Shown piece by piece: positions 1-9,633 of a DNA stretch of 64,000 nt. The position numbers and the translations under genes are program-made. How positions within the stretch are numbered: the stretch's first letter is position 1; each line of letters begins with the position of its first letter. The DNA is taken from contig UYFQ01000001.1 in NCBI GenBank assembly GCA_900617105.1, forward strand, positions 1,922,001 through 1,986,000. Direction: 5' to 3'. The notes beneath the pieces are model-generated. The model saw nothing but the letters and a program-made list of their open reading frames with translations. It ran no database searches and had not been told where the DNA came from. The stretch is from Hydrurus foetidus (Eukaryota).

Positions 1-1086
1 TACGCCAGCAACCTCACGCCTGACGTTGCCAACGGCATTGGCAGCTGGACCAGCCACGACTTTTGGCGCGCGCTGCACAACGGCAAGTCAAAAGATGGCC
101 GCTTGTTGTACCCGGCTTTTCCGTACACCAACACCACACTGGTGACCCGCGCAGACTCTGATGCGCTGTTTGCTTACCTGTCGCGGCTACCGGCTGCAGC
201 GCAGCCCAACACGGCGCACACGGTGCGCTTTCCATACAACTCGCCACTTGCCTTGGCCGTGTGGCGGGCGCTGTACTTCAAGCCCGGCGTTTTTAAAGAC
301 GACCCTGCGCAAAGCGCCGAGGTTAATCGCGGTGCCTACCTGGTCGGCGGGCTGGGCCATTGCAGCGCCTGCCACGCCGCGCGCAACGCACTGGGCGCCA
401 CAGCCGGGCCTGACTTGGCAGGCGGGCTGATACCGCTACAAAACTGGTACGCGCCGTCGCTGGTGTCAAAGCTTGAGGCGGGCTTGGGCGACTGGGCCAT
501 TGCCGACATTAAAACCCTTTTTAAAAGCGGCGTAGCTGCCAACGCGTCTGTGATTGGGCCGATGGCAGAAGTGGTGCTGGGCAGTACCCAGCACTGGACG
601 GACGCAGACTTAACCGCCATGGCGCAATACTTAAAAGCGCTCGGCCAAGCGGCGCCAACCCAGCACACCGCAGCCGAACCGGCGTTGTCATTGATGTCGA
701 CATCACCCACCGTGCAAGCCAATGCAGCGCCGCAAGGGTCGTCAGAACTGGGGGCCAAGCTCTATGACCAGCACTGCGCGCAATGCCACGGCGCGGGCGG
801 CGAAGGCCAGCGCGTGGGCAACCAGCTGGCTTACCCCGCCCTAAAAGGAAACCGCGCCGTGCTGATGGCGCAAACCACCAACCTGGTGCAAATTGTGCTC
901 AAAGGTGGCTATGCGCCCGCCACCGCCAGCAACCCGCGCCCTTTTGGCATGCCGCCCTTTGTATTGACGCTGCAAGACAACGAAATTGCCGCCGTGCTGA
1001 CCCACGCAAGATCTCAATGGGGCAACCAGGCCAGCAGCATCAGCGCGCTGGACGTCAACCGGGTGCGAGACAATCCGGGCAGGTAG
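1..1086 (+). CDS. Multiheme cytochrome c (gluconate/alcohol dehydrogenase cytochrome subunit-like), 5'-truncated by window
   Basis: Frame open from base 1 (YASNLTPD..GIGSW..LYPAFPY); CSACH and CAQCH heme motifs; WYAPSL and GPMAEVV family motifs. Confidence 0.85.
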   Translation, partial: YASNLTPDVANGIGSWTSHDFWRALHNGKSKDGRLLYPAFPYTNTTLVTRADSDALFAYLSRLPAAAQPNTAHTVRFPYNSPLALAVWRALYFKPGVFKDDPAQSAEVNRGAYLVGGLGHCSACHAARNALGATAGPDLAGGLIPLQNWYAPSLVSKLEAGLGDWAIADIKTLFKSGVAANASVIGPMAEVVLGSTQHWTDADLTAMAQYLKALGQAAPTQHTAAEPALSLMSTSPTVQANAAPQGSSELGAKLYDQHCAQCHGAGGEGQRVGNQLAYPALKGNRAVLMAQTTNLVQIVLKGGYAPATASNPRPFGMPPFVLTLQDNEIAAVLTHARSQWGNQASSISALDVNRVRDNPGR

Positions 1087-1120
1087 TTATGCGGCTATCG
1101 CATGGGGGCATGACACAACA

Positions 1121-1178
1121 GCTATTACTTTCATAGCTGCTCGCGCCCATATTTGTTGCGCTATTGGGCTAAAATGCA
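1121..1178 (+). repeat. 56-bp dispersed element, copy 1 (intergenic)
   Basis: gctattactttcatagctgctcgcgcccatatttgttgcgctattgggctaaaatg. Confidence 0.85.
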
Positions 1179-1219
1179 TATAAAAAAAGCAACTTTTGCG
1201 TAAATCACAGCGGCAAAGT

Positions 1220-1303
1220 AAGCGACTGGGCAAGCGACTGGGCAAGCGACTGGGCAAGCGACTGGGCAAGCGACAGGGTAAGTGACAAAGAAAGTGACAG
1301 AGG
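1220..1303 (+). repeat. 12-bp tandem repeat (AAGCGACTGGGC x4 plus 3 degenerate units)
   Basis: Perfect units at 1220, 1232, 1244, 1256; degenerate units at 1268, 1280, 1292. Confidence 0.95.
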
Positions 1304-1309
1304 AAATGT

Positions 1310-2620
1310 ATGCAACGTATCGTGATTATTGGCGGCGGGGCCGGCGGGTTGGCACTGGCTACCCAGCTAGGCAAGCGCCTGGGCAAGAAAAAAAAGGCCC
1401 AGATCACGCTGGTAGACGGTGCCCGCACGCACGTGTGGAAGCCGCTGTTTCACCAGTTGGCGGCGGGCAGCTTTGACACCCATGCCGAAGAAATTGAATA
1501 CCTGGCCCAAGCCCGCTGGAACCATTTTAAATTTCGCCTGGGCCGGCTGACCGGTGTTGACCGCGCCAATAAAACCGTGCAACTGGCCGCTAGCCACGAC
1601 GCCGCGCGCCGCGAAATCACGCCAGCGCAGTCGCTTGCTTACGACACCCTCATCATTGCTGTGGGCAGCCAGACCAACGATTTTGGCACGCTGGGTGCGG
1701 CAGAGCACACCATCAAACTCGACAGCCCCGCGGCAGCCAAGTACTTCAACGCCCGTCTGGTCAACGCGTGCCTGCGCGCACAAACCTTGCCCCGGGTGGA
1801 AGGCAAAGCCATGTTGACCGTCACCATCGTTGGCGGCGGCGCTACCGGGGTTGAGCTGGCGGCTGAGCTGCATTCGGCAGCCCGCATCATGGGCAACTAC
1901 GGCTTCGACAATATCGACCCTGAAAAAGACCTGCAAATTGTGCTGGTGGAAGCCGGGCCGCGCCTGCTGGCCCAGTTGCCCGAGCGCCTCGGCCACGCCG
2001 CTGAAAAAGAGCTGCGCAAGCTGGCCATTGACGTGCATGTCAATGAAAAAGTAGTGTCGGTCACTGAAAACGGCCTGACCATGGCCAGCGGCAAGCAAAT
2101 ACCCACCACGCTCACGGTATGGGCAGCCGGCGTGAAAGCCGCCGACTTTTTGGCAACCCTTGGCGGCACAGACCCGCTAGAGGTCAACAGGCTCAACCAG
2201 CTGATGGTCAATGGCAATTTGCAAACCACCCGCGACCCGAGCATTTATGCCTTTGGTGACTGCGCGGCCTGCCCGCAACCCGATGGCACCTGGGTGCCCC
2301 CGCGCGCGCAGTCGGCTTACCAGCAAGCGATGTATCTGGCGCGCCACCTGCCCGACCTGATGGCAGGCACGCCAGTCAAGCCCTACCTGTACACCGACCA
2401 GGGCTCGCTGGTGTCACTGGCAGAGTATTCGTCGGTCGGCAGCCTGATGGGGTCTTTGAGCAAAGGCAGCTTTTTTGTGGAAGGGCAAATCGCCAAACTC
2501 ATGTACTGGGCGCTGCACAAGCAGCACCAACTGGCGCTGGGCGGGGTGAAGAAAACGGCGTTGATTACGCTGTCTGAGCTGCTAGACCGCACGCACCGCC
2601 CGCGCATCAAACTGCATTGA
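1310..2620 (+). CDS. ndh: Type II NADH dehydrogenase
   Basis: GGGAGG and GGGATGVELAAE Rossmann motifs, VPPRAQSAYQQA, C-terminal RPRIKLH. Confidence 0.9.
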   Translation: MQRIVIIGGGAGGLALATQLGKRLGKKKKAQITLVDGARTHVWKPLFHQLAAGSFDTHAEEIEYLAQARWNHFKFRLGRLTGVDRANKTVQLAASHDAARREITPAQSLAYDTLIIAVGSQTNDFGTLGAAEHTIKLDSPAAAKYFNARLVNACLRAQTLPRVEGKAMLTVTIVGGGATGVELAAELHSAARIMGNYGFDNIDPEKDLQIVLVEAGPRLLAQLPERLGHAAEKELRKLAIDVHVNEKVVSVTENGLTMASGKQIPTTLTVWAAGVKAADFLATLGGTDPLEVNRLNQLMVNGNLQTTRDPSIYAFGDCAACPQPDGTWVPPRAQSAYQQAMYLARHLPDLMAGTPVKPYLYTDQGSLVSLAEYSSVGSLMGSLSKGSFFVEGQIAKLMYWALHKQHQLALGGVKKTALITLSELLDRTHRPRIKLH

Positions 2621-2663
2621 TTTCACACATAATCTAGGCTTTAAAAACCTGACGGAGAACGCG

Positions 2664-2807
2664 ATGGCAAAAGGTCAACAAAACACCAGCAAGATGGTTA
2701 AAAAACCGAAAAAAGACACGTCACCCCCAAAAGCCGTGTCTCCTGACGCCGTGCGCCCCACCATCGTCACGCAGGTGCCGGTGCGCGGCAAACTGAAGAA
2801 TAAGTGA
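2664..2807 (+). CDS. Small basic hypothetical protein (47 aa, [17 protein letters not shown]...)
   Basis: GGAG upstream of ATG 2664; stop 2 nt before next ATG; below ORF-track cutoff. Confidence 0.65.
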   Translation: MAKGQQNTSKMVKKPKKDTSPPKAVSPDAVRPTIVTQVPVRGKLKNK

Positions 2808-2809
2808 CC

Positions 2810-3106
2810 ATGAGCGACCAGCCTGAAAATACCCAGGCTGGTAATCCGTTGCATGGGGTTACTCTCGAAAGCGTGGTGACGGCGCTGGAGGCGCACTACG
2901 GTTGGGACGAGCTGGGCCAGCGCATTCCGATTCGCTGCTTTCAAAGCGAGCCAAGCGTGGGCTCTAGCCTGAAGTTTTTGCGCCGCACGCCGTGGGCGCG
3001 TGACAAGGTTGAAAGCCTGTATTTGTTCATGCTGCGGGACATTAAACGAAGCGGCCCCACGGTGCATAACTTTCCCCCACCCAAGGGCAAAGCAGCTGGT
3101 GTCTGA
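2810..3106 (+). CDS. VF530/DUF2132 family putative DNA-binding protein
   Basis: [37 protein letters not shown] signature. Confidence 0.88.
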   Translation: MSDQPENTQAGNPLHGVTLESVVTALEAHYGWDELGQRIPIRCFQSEPSVGSSLKFLRRTPWARDKVESLYLFMLRDIKRSGPTVHNFPPPKGKAAGV

Positions 3107-3749
3107 CGGCCCCGCCGACCTGGAAATAATTTACGCAGATGCGCACCTGCTGGTGCTTAACAAGCCCGCCGGCTTGTTATCAGTACCCGGGCGGGGCGAA
3201 GACAAACAAGACTGTTTAAGCAAGCGCGCGCAAACGAAGTTCTCCGACGCATTGATCGTTCACCGGCTCGACATGTCAACATCTGGGCTGATGTTGATGG
3301 CGCGCGGTGCGGCCATGCAAACCGCATTGAGCAAACTGTTTGAAGCGCGGCAAATTACCAAGCGCTACATTGCCGTGGTTGACGGACATTTGGCTATTCA
3401 AGTCGACTGGCAGCTGATTGACCAGCCAATTGCCCTTGACTGGCCACGGCGGCCGCTGCGAATCATCAGCCTTGATGGCGGCAAGCCCAGCCAAACTCGC
3501 TGGCGGGCGGCCAGCCACGACGCACAAGCAAACACCACCCGGCTTGAGCTTGAACCCATCACCGGCCGGTCGCACCAGTTGCGTGTGCATTTAAAAGCGC
3601 TGGGGCATGCAATCTTGGGCGACGTGCTGTACGCGCCGCCCGACGTGCAGGGCAAGTCGGCACGCTTGCTGCTGCACGCCCGTGAGTTGCAATTCAAGCA
3701 CCCGGTAAACGGCGAGCAGATGGGTTTTGTAAATGACGCCGAGTTTTAG
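3099..3749 (+). CDS. rluA: RluA-family pseudouridine synthase
   Basis: [34 protein letters not shown] start overlapping upstream gene. Confidence 0.88.
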   Translation: MSDGPADLEIIYADAHLLVLNKPAGLLSVPGRGEDKQDCLSKRAQTKFSDALIVHRLDMSTSGLMLMARGAAMQTALSKLFEARQITKRYIAVVDGHLAIQVDWQLIDQPIALDWPRRPLRIISLDGGKPSQTRWRAASHDAQANTTRLELEPITGRSHQLRVHLKALGHAILGDVLYAPPDVQGKSARLLLHARELQFKHPVNGEQMGFVNDAEF

Positions 3750-3798
3750 GAACTTCAACATGCGCCAAGCTATCCGATAACGCAAACAGGAGAACACC

Positions 3799-4446
3799 AT
3801 GCCCGCTTGCCGCCCGCTTCCTTTAATCAGCGCTCAACTGCCGCGCCGCACAATTGCCGCTGCATTGGTTATTACGCCGGCAATGTGGCTTGGCGTACGT
3901 GCGCAGCCTGCACCCAGCTTGCGCGCCACACCCGCCCAAACTGAAGGGCCGTTTTACCCGCTGGCGCTGCCCAAAGACACTGACTTTGATTTGCTGCGCA
4001 ACGGCGAGCAAAACTACCCCAAAGGCCAGGCAGCCTGGGTTGAAGGGGTGGTGAAAGACACCAACGGCAAACCCATGGCGGGCGCGCAGGTAGATATTTG
4101 GCAATGCGATCACGACGGCCATTACCACCACCCTCTGGATGGCGGCAACGCTGACCCACGCTTTCAGGGCTTTGGTCGCGTAACGGTGGGCGCTGACGGC
4201 AGTTACCGCTTTCGCACCCTGCGGCCCGTGGCTTATTCGGGGCGCACGCCGCATATTCATGTGAAGGTTAAGCTCGGCGCGCGTGAGTTGCTCACCACGC
4301 AGCTTTATGTGGCGGGCGATGCGGCCAATGCACGCGATTTTTTGTGGCGCGGTTTAAGCCCGGCTGACAAGGCAGCACTCAGCGTGGCCTTCACTGCGAA
4401 TGGCGACACGCTGAAGGCTAACTTTCCCATCGTGGTGCCCGGCTAG
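3799..4446 (+). CDS. Intradiol ring-cleavage dioxygenase family protein, Tat-like leader
   Basis: TEGPFYP, IWQCDHDGHY, Y..RTPHIHVKV; RRT in leader; AGGAG RBS. Confidence 0.85.
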   Translation: MPACRPLPLISAQLPRRTIAAALVITPAMWLGVRAQPAPSLRATPAQTEGPFYPLALPKDTDFDLLRNGEQNYPKGQAAWVEGVVKDTNGKPMAGAQVDIWQCDHDGHYHHPLDGGNADPRFQGFGRVTVGADGSYRFRTLRPVAYSGRTPHIHVKVKLGARELLTTQLYVAGDAANARDFLWRGLSPADKAALSVAFTANGDTLKANFPIVVPG

Positions 4447-4549
4447 CCGGGCGGGCCTGTTTACGGTTTTTTACGACGCTGTTAACCTCGGCAGCAGTAA
4501 CAACTCGAGTGTCGACACTAGTACCGGTATCACTTTGACCACCCTCATC

Positions 4550-5323
4550 ATGACTACAGCAAGCAACCCCAGCACACACCTTTTTGTTTTAACGGGCGCG
4601 TCTCGCGGCATGGGTTTGGCCATGGCGCAGCAGCTACTGGTGCGAGGCAATACATTGCTGTGCATTTCTCGCGGCGGCAGTGATGCGTTGGCCGCGCAGG
4701 CTTCTCAGTCTGGTGGCACGTTGCTGCAGTGGTCACAAGACCTGGCACTTAGTGCCCGCGCTGGCGCCCGGCTTGAGCAGTGGCTGCGCGAACAAAACGG
4801 CGCCCACTTTGCCAGCGCCACACTGATCAACAACGCCGGTGTCATCGCCCGTATTGGCCCACTGAGTGATGCCGACGCTGATGACCTGAGCCGCGCGCTG
4901 CGGGTTGGGCTGGAAGCACCGATGCAATTGACCAGCGCTTTTCTGCGTGCGACGCGGCAGTGGACTGGCGTGCGCAAGGTGCTTAATATTTCGTCAGGCC
5001 TTGGCCGCCGCGCCATGGCAGCCCAGGCAGGTTACTGCGCGGCCAAAGCGGGCGTGGACCATTTCACACGCTGCGTAGCGCTAGACGAAGCATTAAAGGC
5101 CAACGGTGCCAAAGTGTGTTCGTTAGCGCCAGGCGTGATTGACACCGATATGCAGGTGCAATTGCGCAGCGCAAGCGCTGAAGCGTTTGCCGACCGGGCA
5201 GCTTTTGTACAACTCAAAGACAGCGGCTCGCTGACGTCGCCCGACCAGGCAGCGACCAATGTGCTGGCATTTTTAGCGCGCAGCGATTTTGGGAATCAAG
5301 CTGTGGCAGACATTCGCGGCTAA
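4550..5323 (+). CDS. SDR oxidoreductase (sepiapterin/benzil reductase-like)
   Basis: TGASRGMG, INNAG, YCAAK, APGVIDTDMQ. Confidence 0.88.
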   Translation: MTTASNPSTHLFVLTGASRGMGLAMAQQLLVRGNTLLCISRGGSDALAAQASQSGGTLLQWSQDLALSARAGARLEQWLREQNGAHFASATLINNAGVIARIGPLSDADADDLSRALRVGLEAPMQLTSAFLRATRQWTGVRKVLNISSGLGRRAMAAQAGYCAAKAGVDHFTRCVALDEALKANGAKVCSLAPGVIDTDMQVQLRSASAEAFADRAAFVQLKDSGSLTSPDQAATNVLAFLARSDFGNQAVADIRG

Positions 5324-5356
5324 TTGAGGAGCTGCAAAAGGCAAGCTAGTGCGCAG

Positions 5357-5596
5357 TTAATCTCGCTGCAAAATCGCATAAATTTCGTCTTTAACCAGCA
5401 GCCGTTTTTTCTTTAATTCCTCCAGCGCCTCATCGCTGATGGCGGCCGCGCCCAACTCGTACTTTTTAACGTCATGGTTGCCCTCGTCGTACTCAGCAAA
5501 CAGCTTCGAAAAATGTGCATCATTGGCTTTCAGCTCACGCATTTTCTCCAAATATTCTGGAAACTCGTGAGCCAAATCGTGGTTAAGCAAATCCAT
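5357..5596 (-). CDS. YdcH/DUF465 family protein
   Basis: HDLAHEFPE..LK..DAHF..LKKKRLLVKDEI. Confidence 0.85.
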   Translation of the reverse strand: MDLLNHDLAHEFPEYLEKMRELKANDAHFSKLFAEYDEGNHDVKKYELGAAAISDEALEELKKKRLLVKDEIYAILQRD

Positions 5597-5729
5597 GGTC
5601 AGTGTTCAATCTTGTTGTTGCCAGCGCGAGAAGCCGCCCAGCGAATAAGATTTCAGTGTGACGCCTTTGCATGGCTCGCACCATCAGACAACGCGCCGAG
5701 ATGGCGGCTAGCGCAGCAGTATTGCGCTG

Positions 5730-6011
5730 TCAGGGCTCAATTTTCACGCCCTTCCAAAACGCAACGTGCCCTTTAATTTCTTCAGCTTCGGGCTTGGGGT
5801 TAGGGTAGAACCACACGGCGTCGGTGTTCATCTCGCCATTGACCAGCAGCGAGTAGTAGCTGGCTTGGCCCTTCCAGGCGCACATGGTGTGGTGGTTGCT
5901 GAAGGTGATGTAGTCACGGTTAAGCGACGCTTCAGGAAAGTAGTGGTTGCCCTCCAGCACTACGGTGGTGTCACTTTCGGCAATGGTGGTGCCGTTCCAG
6001 ATTGCTTTCAT
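5730..6011 (-). CDS. DUF427 protein
   Basis: MKAIWNG..IAES..EGNHYFP..C.WKG.ASYY..AFWKGV. Confidence 0.9.
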   Translation of the reverse strand: MKAIWNGTTIAESDTTVVLEGNHYFPEASLNRDYITFSNHHTMCAWKGQASYYSLLVNGEMNTDAVWFYPNPKPEAEEIKGHVAFWKGVKIEP

Positions 6012-6096
6012 GGGGTGTGTCCTGCTGCTTGGGTTGTAGAAGTTAAAAACTCCCCCACTTTAACGCCGCAGGCAAAACAACGCTGTACTGCATCGG

Positions 6097-6115
6097 CTAA
6101 TCGTCACCTTTGTGT

Positions 6116-6146
<31 letters not shown>

Positions 6147-6651
6147 GATGCTTGTCTTTTTTCTGCTTGTATTCTTTGCCCTCTTTGTATTCTTTGTTCT
6201 TTTGGTACTGCACGCGTTCAAAGTTGTCGTCACCGTCGACTTTGACAAAGTAAACCGGCCTGCCGCAGGCGTTGTACCGGCCGCAATGCTTTGACCACTT
6301 TTTGGCATGGCCCGGCGGCACATGCAAATAAAGCGGCTGCTGCTGCACCAGTACCGGTTGCTGAATGATCACGATGGGCTGCGGGTACAGCAAAGGCGGT
6401 GGCGGAGCGGTGCCAATTTCGATTCGGCCATAAACACCGGGAATCAGCGCGCCTTCAACTGATGCGCTGGCGTACGGCGTAGCTGCAATGGCTACGTTGG
6501 CGGCCACTGCCAGCAGCGTGATGCCCACCACGGCAAGCCAAGTGAGTACGGGCCGGCCTTGGCGGCGCAGCGACAAGCGGCCAAGACCGATACCAAGCTC
6601 TGGCGGTTGTTCAAAGTAAGTTTCAAGCGGGTGTTGTTGTGTATTTTTCAT
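6097..6651 (-). CDS. Hypothetical exported protein with PPGHAKK motif and Gly-Asn/His tail
   Basis: GGAG before ATG 6651; GVYGRIEIG, YLHVPPGHAKKWSKHC; GGCAAC repeats encode GNGNGNG. Confidence 0.7.
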
Positions 6652-6778
6652 TGCTAACTCCAGTGATTTCATCAATAGGACTATTGTTAACAACAACGCG
6701 CGGTCTCGCGTGTAGGACGACGTCAACTTGTAAGCAAATAACGCATCTATCGCCTTTTGCTTACATAATTCGTTCAGC

Positions 6779-7810
6779 TCAAGCGTAGCGTTCGCGCGCC
6801 AGCGCGGCACCCAAGCCCAGCGCATGCAGTTTTTTAATCGCGATTTCGCGGCTCATGGGTGCCAGGCCGCAGTTTGTGCAGGCAATCAGGCGGTCTTTGG
6901 GCACATACTGCAGTGCTTTCCCGATGGTGTCCGCAATTTGCTCGGGCGTTTCTACTTCATCACTCGCCACATCAATCACGCCAACCATCACATCTTTACC
7001 TGCCAGCAATGCCATTAAGTGCGGCGGCACATGCGAGTGGTAGCACTCCAGGCTGACCTGCTGAATGCTGCTTTTGGCCAGTGCGGGCAATACTTCTTCA
7101 TACTGCCGCCACTGCTCGCCCAGTGTTTTTTTCCAGTCGTCGTTGGCCTTGATGCCGTAGCCATAGCAAATGTGTACGGCGGTTGTGCAGGTTAAGCCGC
7201 GCGCAGCGACTTCAAGCGCCTTGACGCCCCAGTCAGCGGCTTCTTTCATGTAGACATTGAACGCCGGTTCGTCGAACTGAATGATGTCTACGCCATCGGC
7301 CTGCAAGGCCAAGGCCTCCTCATTCAACAGCTCGGCAAAGGCCATTGCCATGGTGACTTTGTCGCCGTAAAACTGATCGGACACGGTGTCGACAATCGTC
7401 ATGGGGCCGGGCAGCGTGAACTTGATTTTTTTACCGGTGTGCGCGCGCAGCAATTGCGCTTCAGCCGCATGCACGCGGCCTTTTAGTTTGAGTGTGGATA
7501 CCACCTGCGGCACCATGGCGTCGTAGCGGTTGTTGCGAATGCCCATTTTGACTTTGTGATCGAAATCAATACCTTCGACCTGCTCTAAAAAGCCGTGCAC
7601 AAAATGCTGGCGCGACTGCTCGCCGTCACCAATCACATCCAGCCCCGCATCTTCTTGTGCCTTGATCCACAGCAGCGTTGCGTCTGCTTTGGCTTGGCTT
7701 AACTCTTCGCCCTCGGCCTTCCATTGTGGCCAGAGTTTGTTGGTTTCGGACAGCCAGGCGGGTTTGGGCAGGCTGCCGGCGATGGCGGTGTTAAAAAGTT
7801 GGGTGGTCAT
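6779..7810 (-). CDS. Cobalamin-independent core methionine synthase (MetE C-terminal domain only, MesD-like)
   Basis: AGSLPKPAWL, DGEQSRQHFV, LPGPMT, IQFDEPAFN, Zn ligands HICYGY and TNCG. Confidence 0.88.
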   Translation of the reverse strand: MTTQLFNTAIAGSLPKPAWLSETNKLWPQWKAEGEELSQAKADATLLWIKAQEDAGLDVIGDGEQSRQHFVHGFLEQVEGIDFDHKVKMGIRNNRYDAMVPQVVSTLKLKGRVHAAEAQLLRAHTGKKIKFTLPGPMTIVDTVSDQFYGDKVTMAMAFAELLNEEALALQADGVDIIQFDEPAFNVYMKEAADWGVKALEVAARGLTCTTAVHICYGYGIKANDDWKKTLGEQWRQYEEVLPALAKSSIQQVSLECYHSHVPPHLMALLAGKDVMVGVIDVASDEVETPEQIADTIGKALQYVPKDRLIACTNCGLAPMSREIAIKKLHALGLGAALARERYA

Positions 7811-7891
7811 GGGCTGGGTTGTCTCGTTTGTAGTTAAAAATTGAATGCTGCACAACCCGATTCGACTGCGAATAATCGCTGTGCACGCTTA

Positions 7892-8896
7892 TTATAAAAA
7901 CTCGCGCGCCAGCAATTCATAAGAGTGCCGCTGCACTTGCGGGTCATGCGCCCAGGTAATCACCACCAGCTCGTCAACGCCCAGCGACCCTGCCAGCGCC
8001 CGCAGCTTGGCGGCGACTTGTGGGCGACTACCGACCAGCGCGTTGGCGCGCAGCTGGTCAACCTGCACCTGCTCTGCTGCGCTGTAGGGGCGCTTGGCAA
8101 CGTCTGATGGCAATGGCAGTGGCCCAATCGAGCCCAGGTTTCTGTCGAGCCGCCAACGCTCGCGGCTTGTAAATTGGTGCCACGCATCAGCTTCTGTGTC
8201 AGCGGCCAGCGCCCACACGCACAGCACAGCTTGCGGGTTGGGGTGCAATGCGCTGGGGCGATACAGCTGGCGGTATAAATCAAGTGCTTGACGAGCGCCC
8301 TGCCCGTCAGTGATGAAATAAGCAAATGCATACGGCAGGCCGTAGTGCGCGGCCAGCTGCGCGCCGTAGTCAGAGCTGCCCAGCATCCACAGCGCAGGGG
8401 TGGTCGGCCCGGTGGGGTTGGCTGTTACGCCGTGGCCGGGGTGGCCCTGGGGCATGTCAATGCCGGAGACCCAAGCCTGTAATTCACGTACCTGAACTGG
8501 AAAATCATCGCTTGACCGCTGGGGGTCTTGCCGAAGCAGCCGCGCTGTGCGCATGTCTGAGCCCGGCGCACGGCCCACACCCAAGTCGATGCGGCCGGGG
8601 GCCAGCGCCTCAAGCACCCGAAATTGCTCAGCCACTTTCAGCGGCGCGTAATGCGGCAACATCACGCCCGCGCTGCCGATGCGAATACGGCTGGTGGTGG
8701 CGGCAATAGCAGCCATCAATACTTCAGGGGCCGAGCCAACAATGCTCGGGTGGCCGTGGTGCTCACTGACCCAAAACCGGTTGTAGCCCAGCGTCTCGGC
8801 ATGTTGCGCCAAGCTGAGGGTTTGGCGGATGGATGCGTCTTCGCCTCGACCCATTGCGGCAACGGATTGGTCTAAAACGGATAACTTGATGGACAT
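7892..8896 (-). CDS. Luciferase-like (LLM) flavin-dependent oxidoreductase
   Basis: MSIKLSVLDQ, WVSEHH, RIGSAGVMLPHY, RIDLGVGRAPG. Confidence 0.9.
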   Translation of the reverse strand: MSIKLSVLDQSVAAMGRGEDASIRQTLSLAQHAETLGYNRFWVSEHHGHPSIVGSAPEVLMAAIAATTSRIRIGSAGVMLPHYAPLKVAEQFRVLEALAPGRIDLGVGRAPGSDMRTARLLRQDPQRSSDDFPVQVRELQAWVSGIDMPQGHPGHGVTANPTGPTTPALWMLGSSDYGAQLAAHYGLPYAFAYFITDGQGARQALDLYRQLYRPSALHPNPQAVLCVWALAADTEADAWHQFTSRERWRLDRNLGSIGPLPLPSDVAKRPYSAAEQVQVDQLRANALVGSRPQVAAKLRALAGSLGVDELVVITWAHDPQVQRHSYELLAREFL

Positions 8897-8983
8897 GGGA
8901 AGACTATAGCCAGCGCAGTTAACCAGTGCCGTGCTGCGCTCTGTTCCAATATGTGCATCAGTATTTAAAAAAAGAAGATTGCC

Positions 8984-9541
8984 ATGGCACTTAAAGCCAC
9001 TATTTACAAAGCACAGTTGGCTATTGCCGACATGGACCGCGGCGTGTACGCCGACCACAACGTCATCATTGCCCGGCACCCGTCTGAGGCCGACGAGCGC
9101 ATGATGATTCGGCTGCTGGCCTTTGCCTTGAATGTGCCCGCTGACGACAAAAACGGCAAGCTGGAATTTGCCAAAGACCTGTGGGACGTGGACGAGGCCG
9201 CGCTGTGGCACAAGGACTACACCGAGCAAATATTGCACTGGATAGACGTGGGCCAGCCCGACGACAAACGCCTGATGAAAGCAGCAGGTAAGGCAGACCG
9301 CGTTACGGCCTACAGCTTTTCAAGCAGCACGCCGGTGTGGTGGAAAGGGATAGAGACCAAACTCACCCGCGCCAGCAACTTGGTGGTGTGGCAAATTGAA
9401 GCCGCGCAAAGCCAGGCGCTGGCCAAGCTGGCCGAGCGCAGCATGCAATTGCAGGTAACCGTGCAAGACGGCACGGTGTGGATGAGCACGACGGCTGATT
9501 CGGTGGAGATCACGCCGAAGCGGTTGACGGCTGGCGGTTGA
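8984..9541 (+). CDS. yaeQ: YaeQ family protein
   Basis: MALKATIYKA..IADMDR..ARHPSE..ERMMIRLLAF. Confidence 0.92.
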   Translation: MALKATIYKAQLAIADMDRGVYADHNVIIARHPSEADERMMIRLLAFALNVPADDKNGKLEFAKDLWDVDEAALWHKDYTEQILHWIDVGQPDDKRLMKAAGKADRVTAYSFSSSTPVWWKGIETKLTRASNLVVWQIEAAQSQALAKLAERSMQLQVTVQDGTVWMSTTADSVEITPKRLTAGG

Positions 9542-9564
9542 GGGCTCAGCGTTGGCTTTCAGAC

Positions 9565-9620
9565 GCTATTAATTCAGGAGCTGCTTGCGCCCGTATTTAT
9601 TGGACTAGATGCACTTTCTA
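9565..9620 (+). repeat. 56-bp dispersed element, copy 2 (intergenic, left flank of TA islet)
   Basis: gctattaattcaggagctgcttgcgcccgtatttattggactagatgcacttt. Confidence 0.88.
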
Positions 9621-9633
9621 TACTATAAAACGA

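Noticed and set aside
1220..1303. Possible CRISPR array
   Set aside because: Contiguous 12-bp units with no spacers and no cas genes
7811..7891. SAM or cobalamin riboswitch upstream of methionine synthase
   Set aside because: Short region without a recognisable consensus; needs an Rfam scan
8897..9238. N-terminal extension of the LLM ORF
   Set aside because: Antisense to yaeQ; family start MSIKLSVLDQ at 8896
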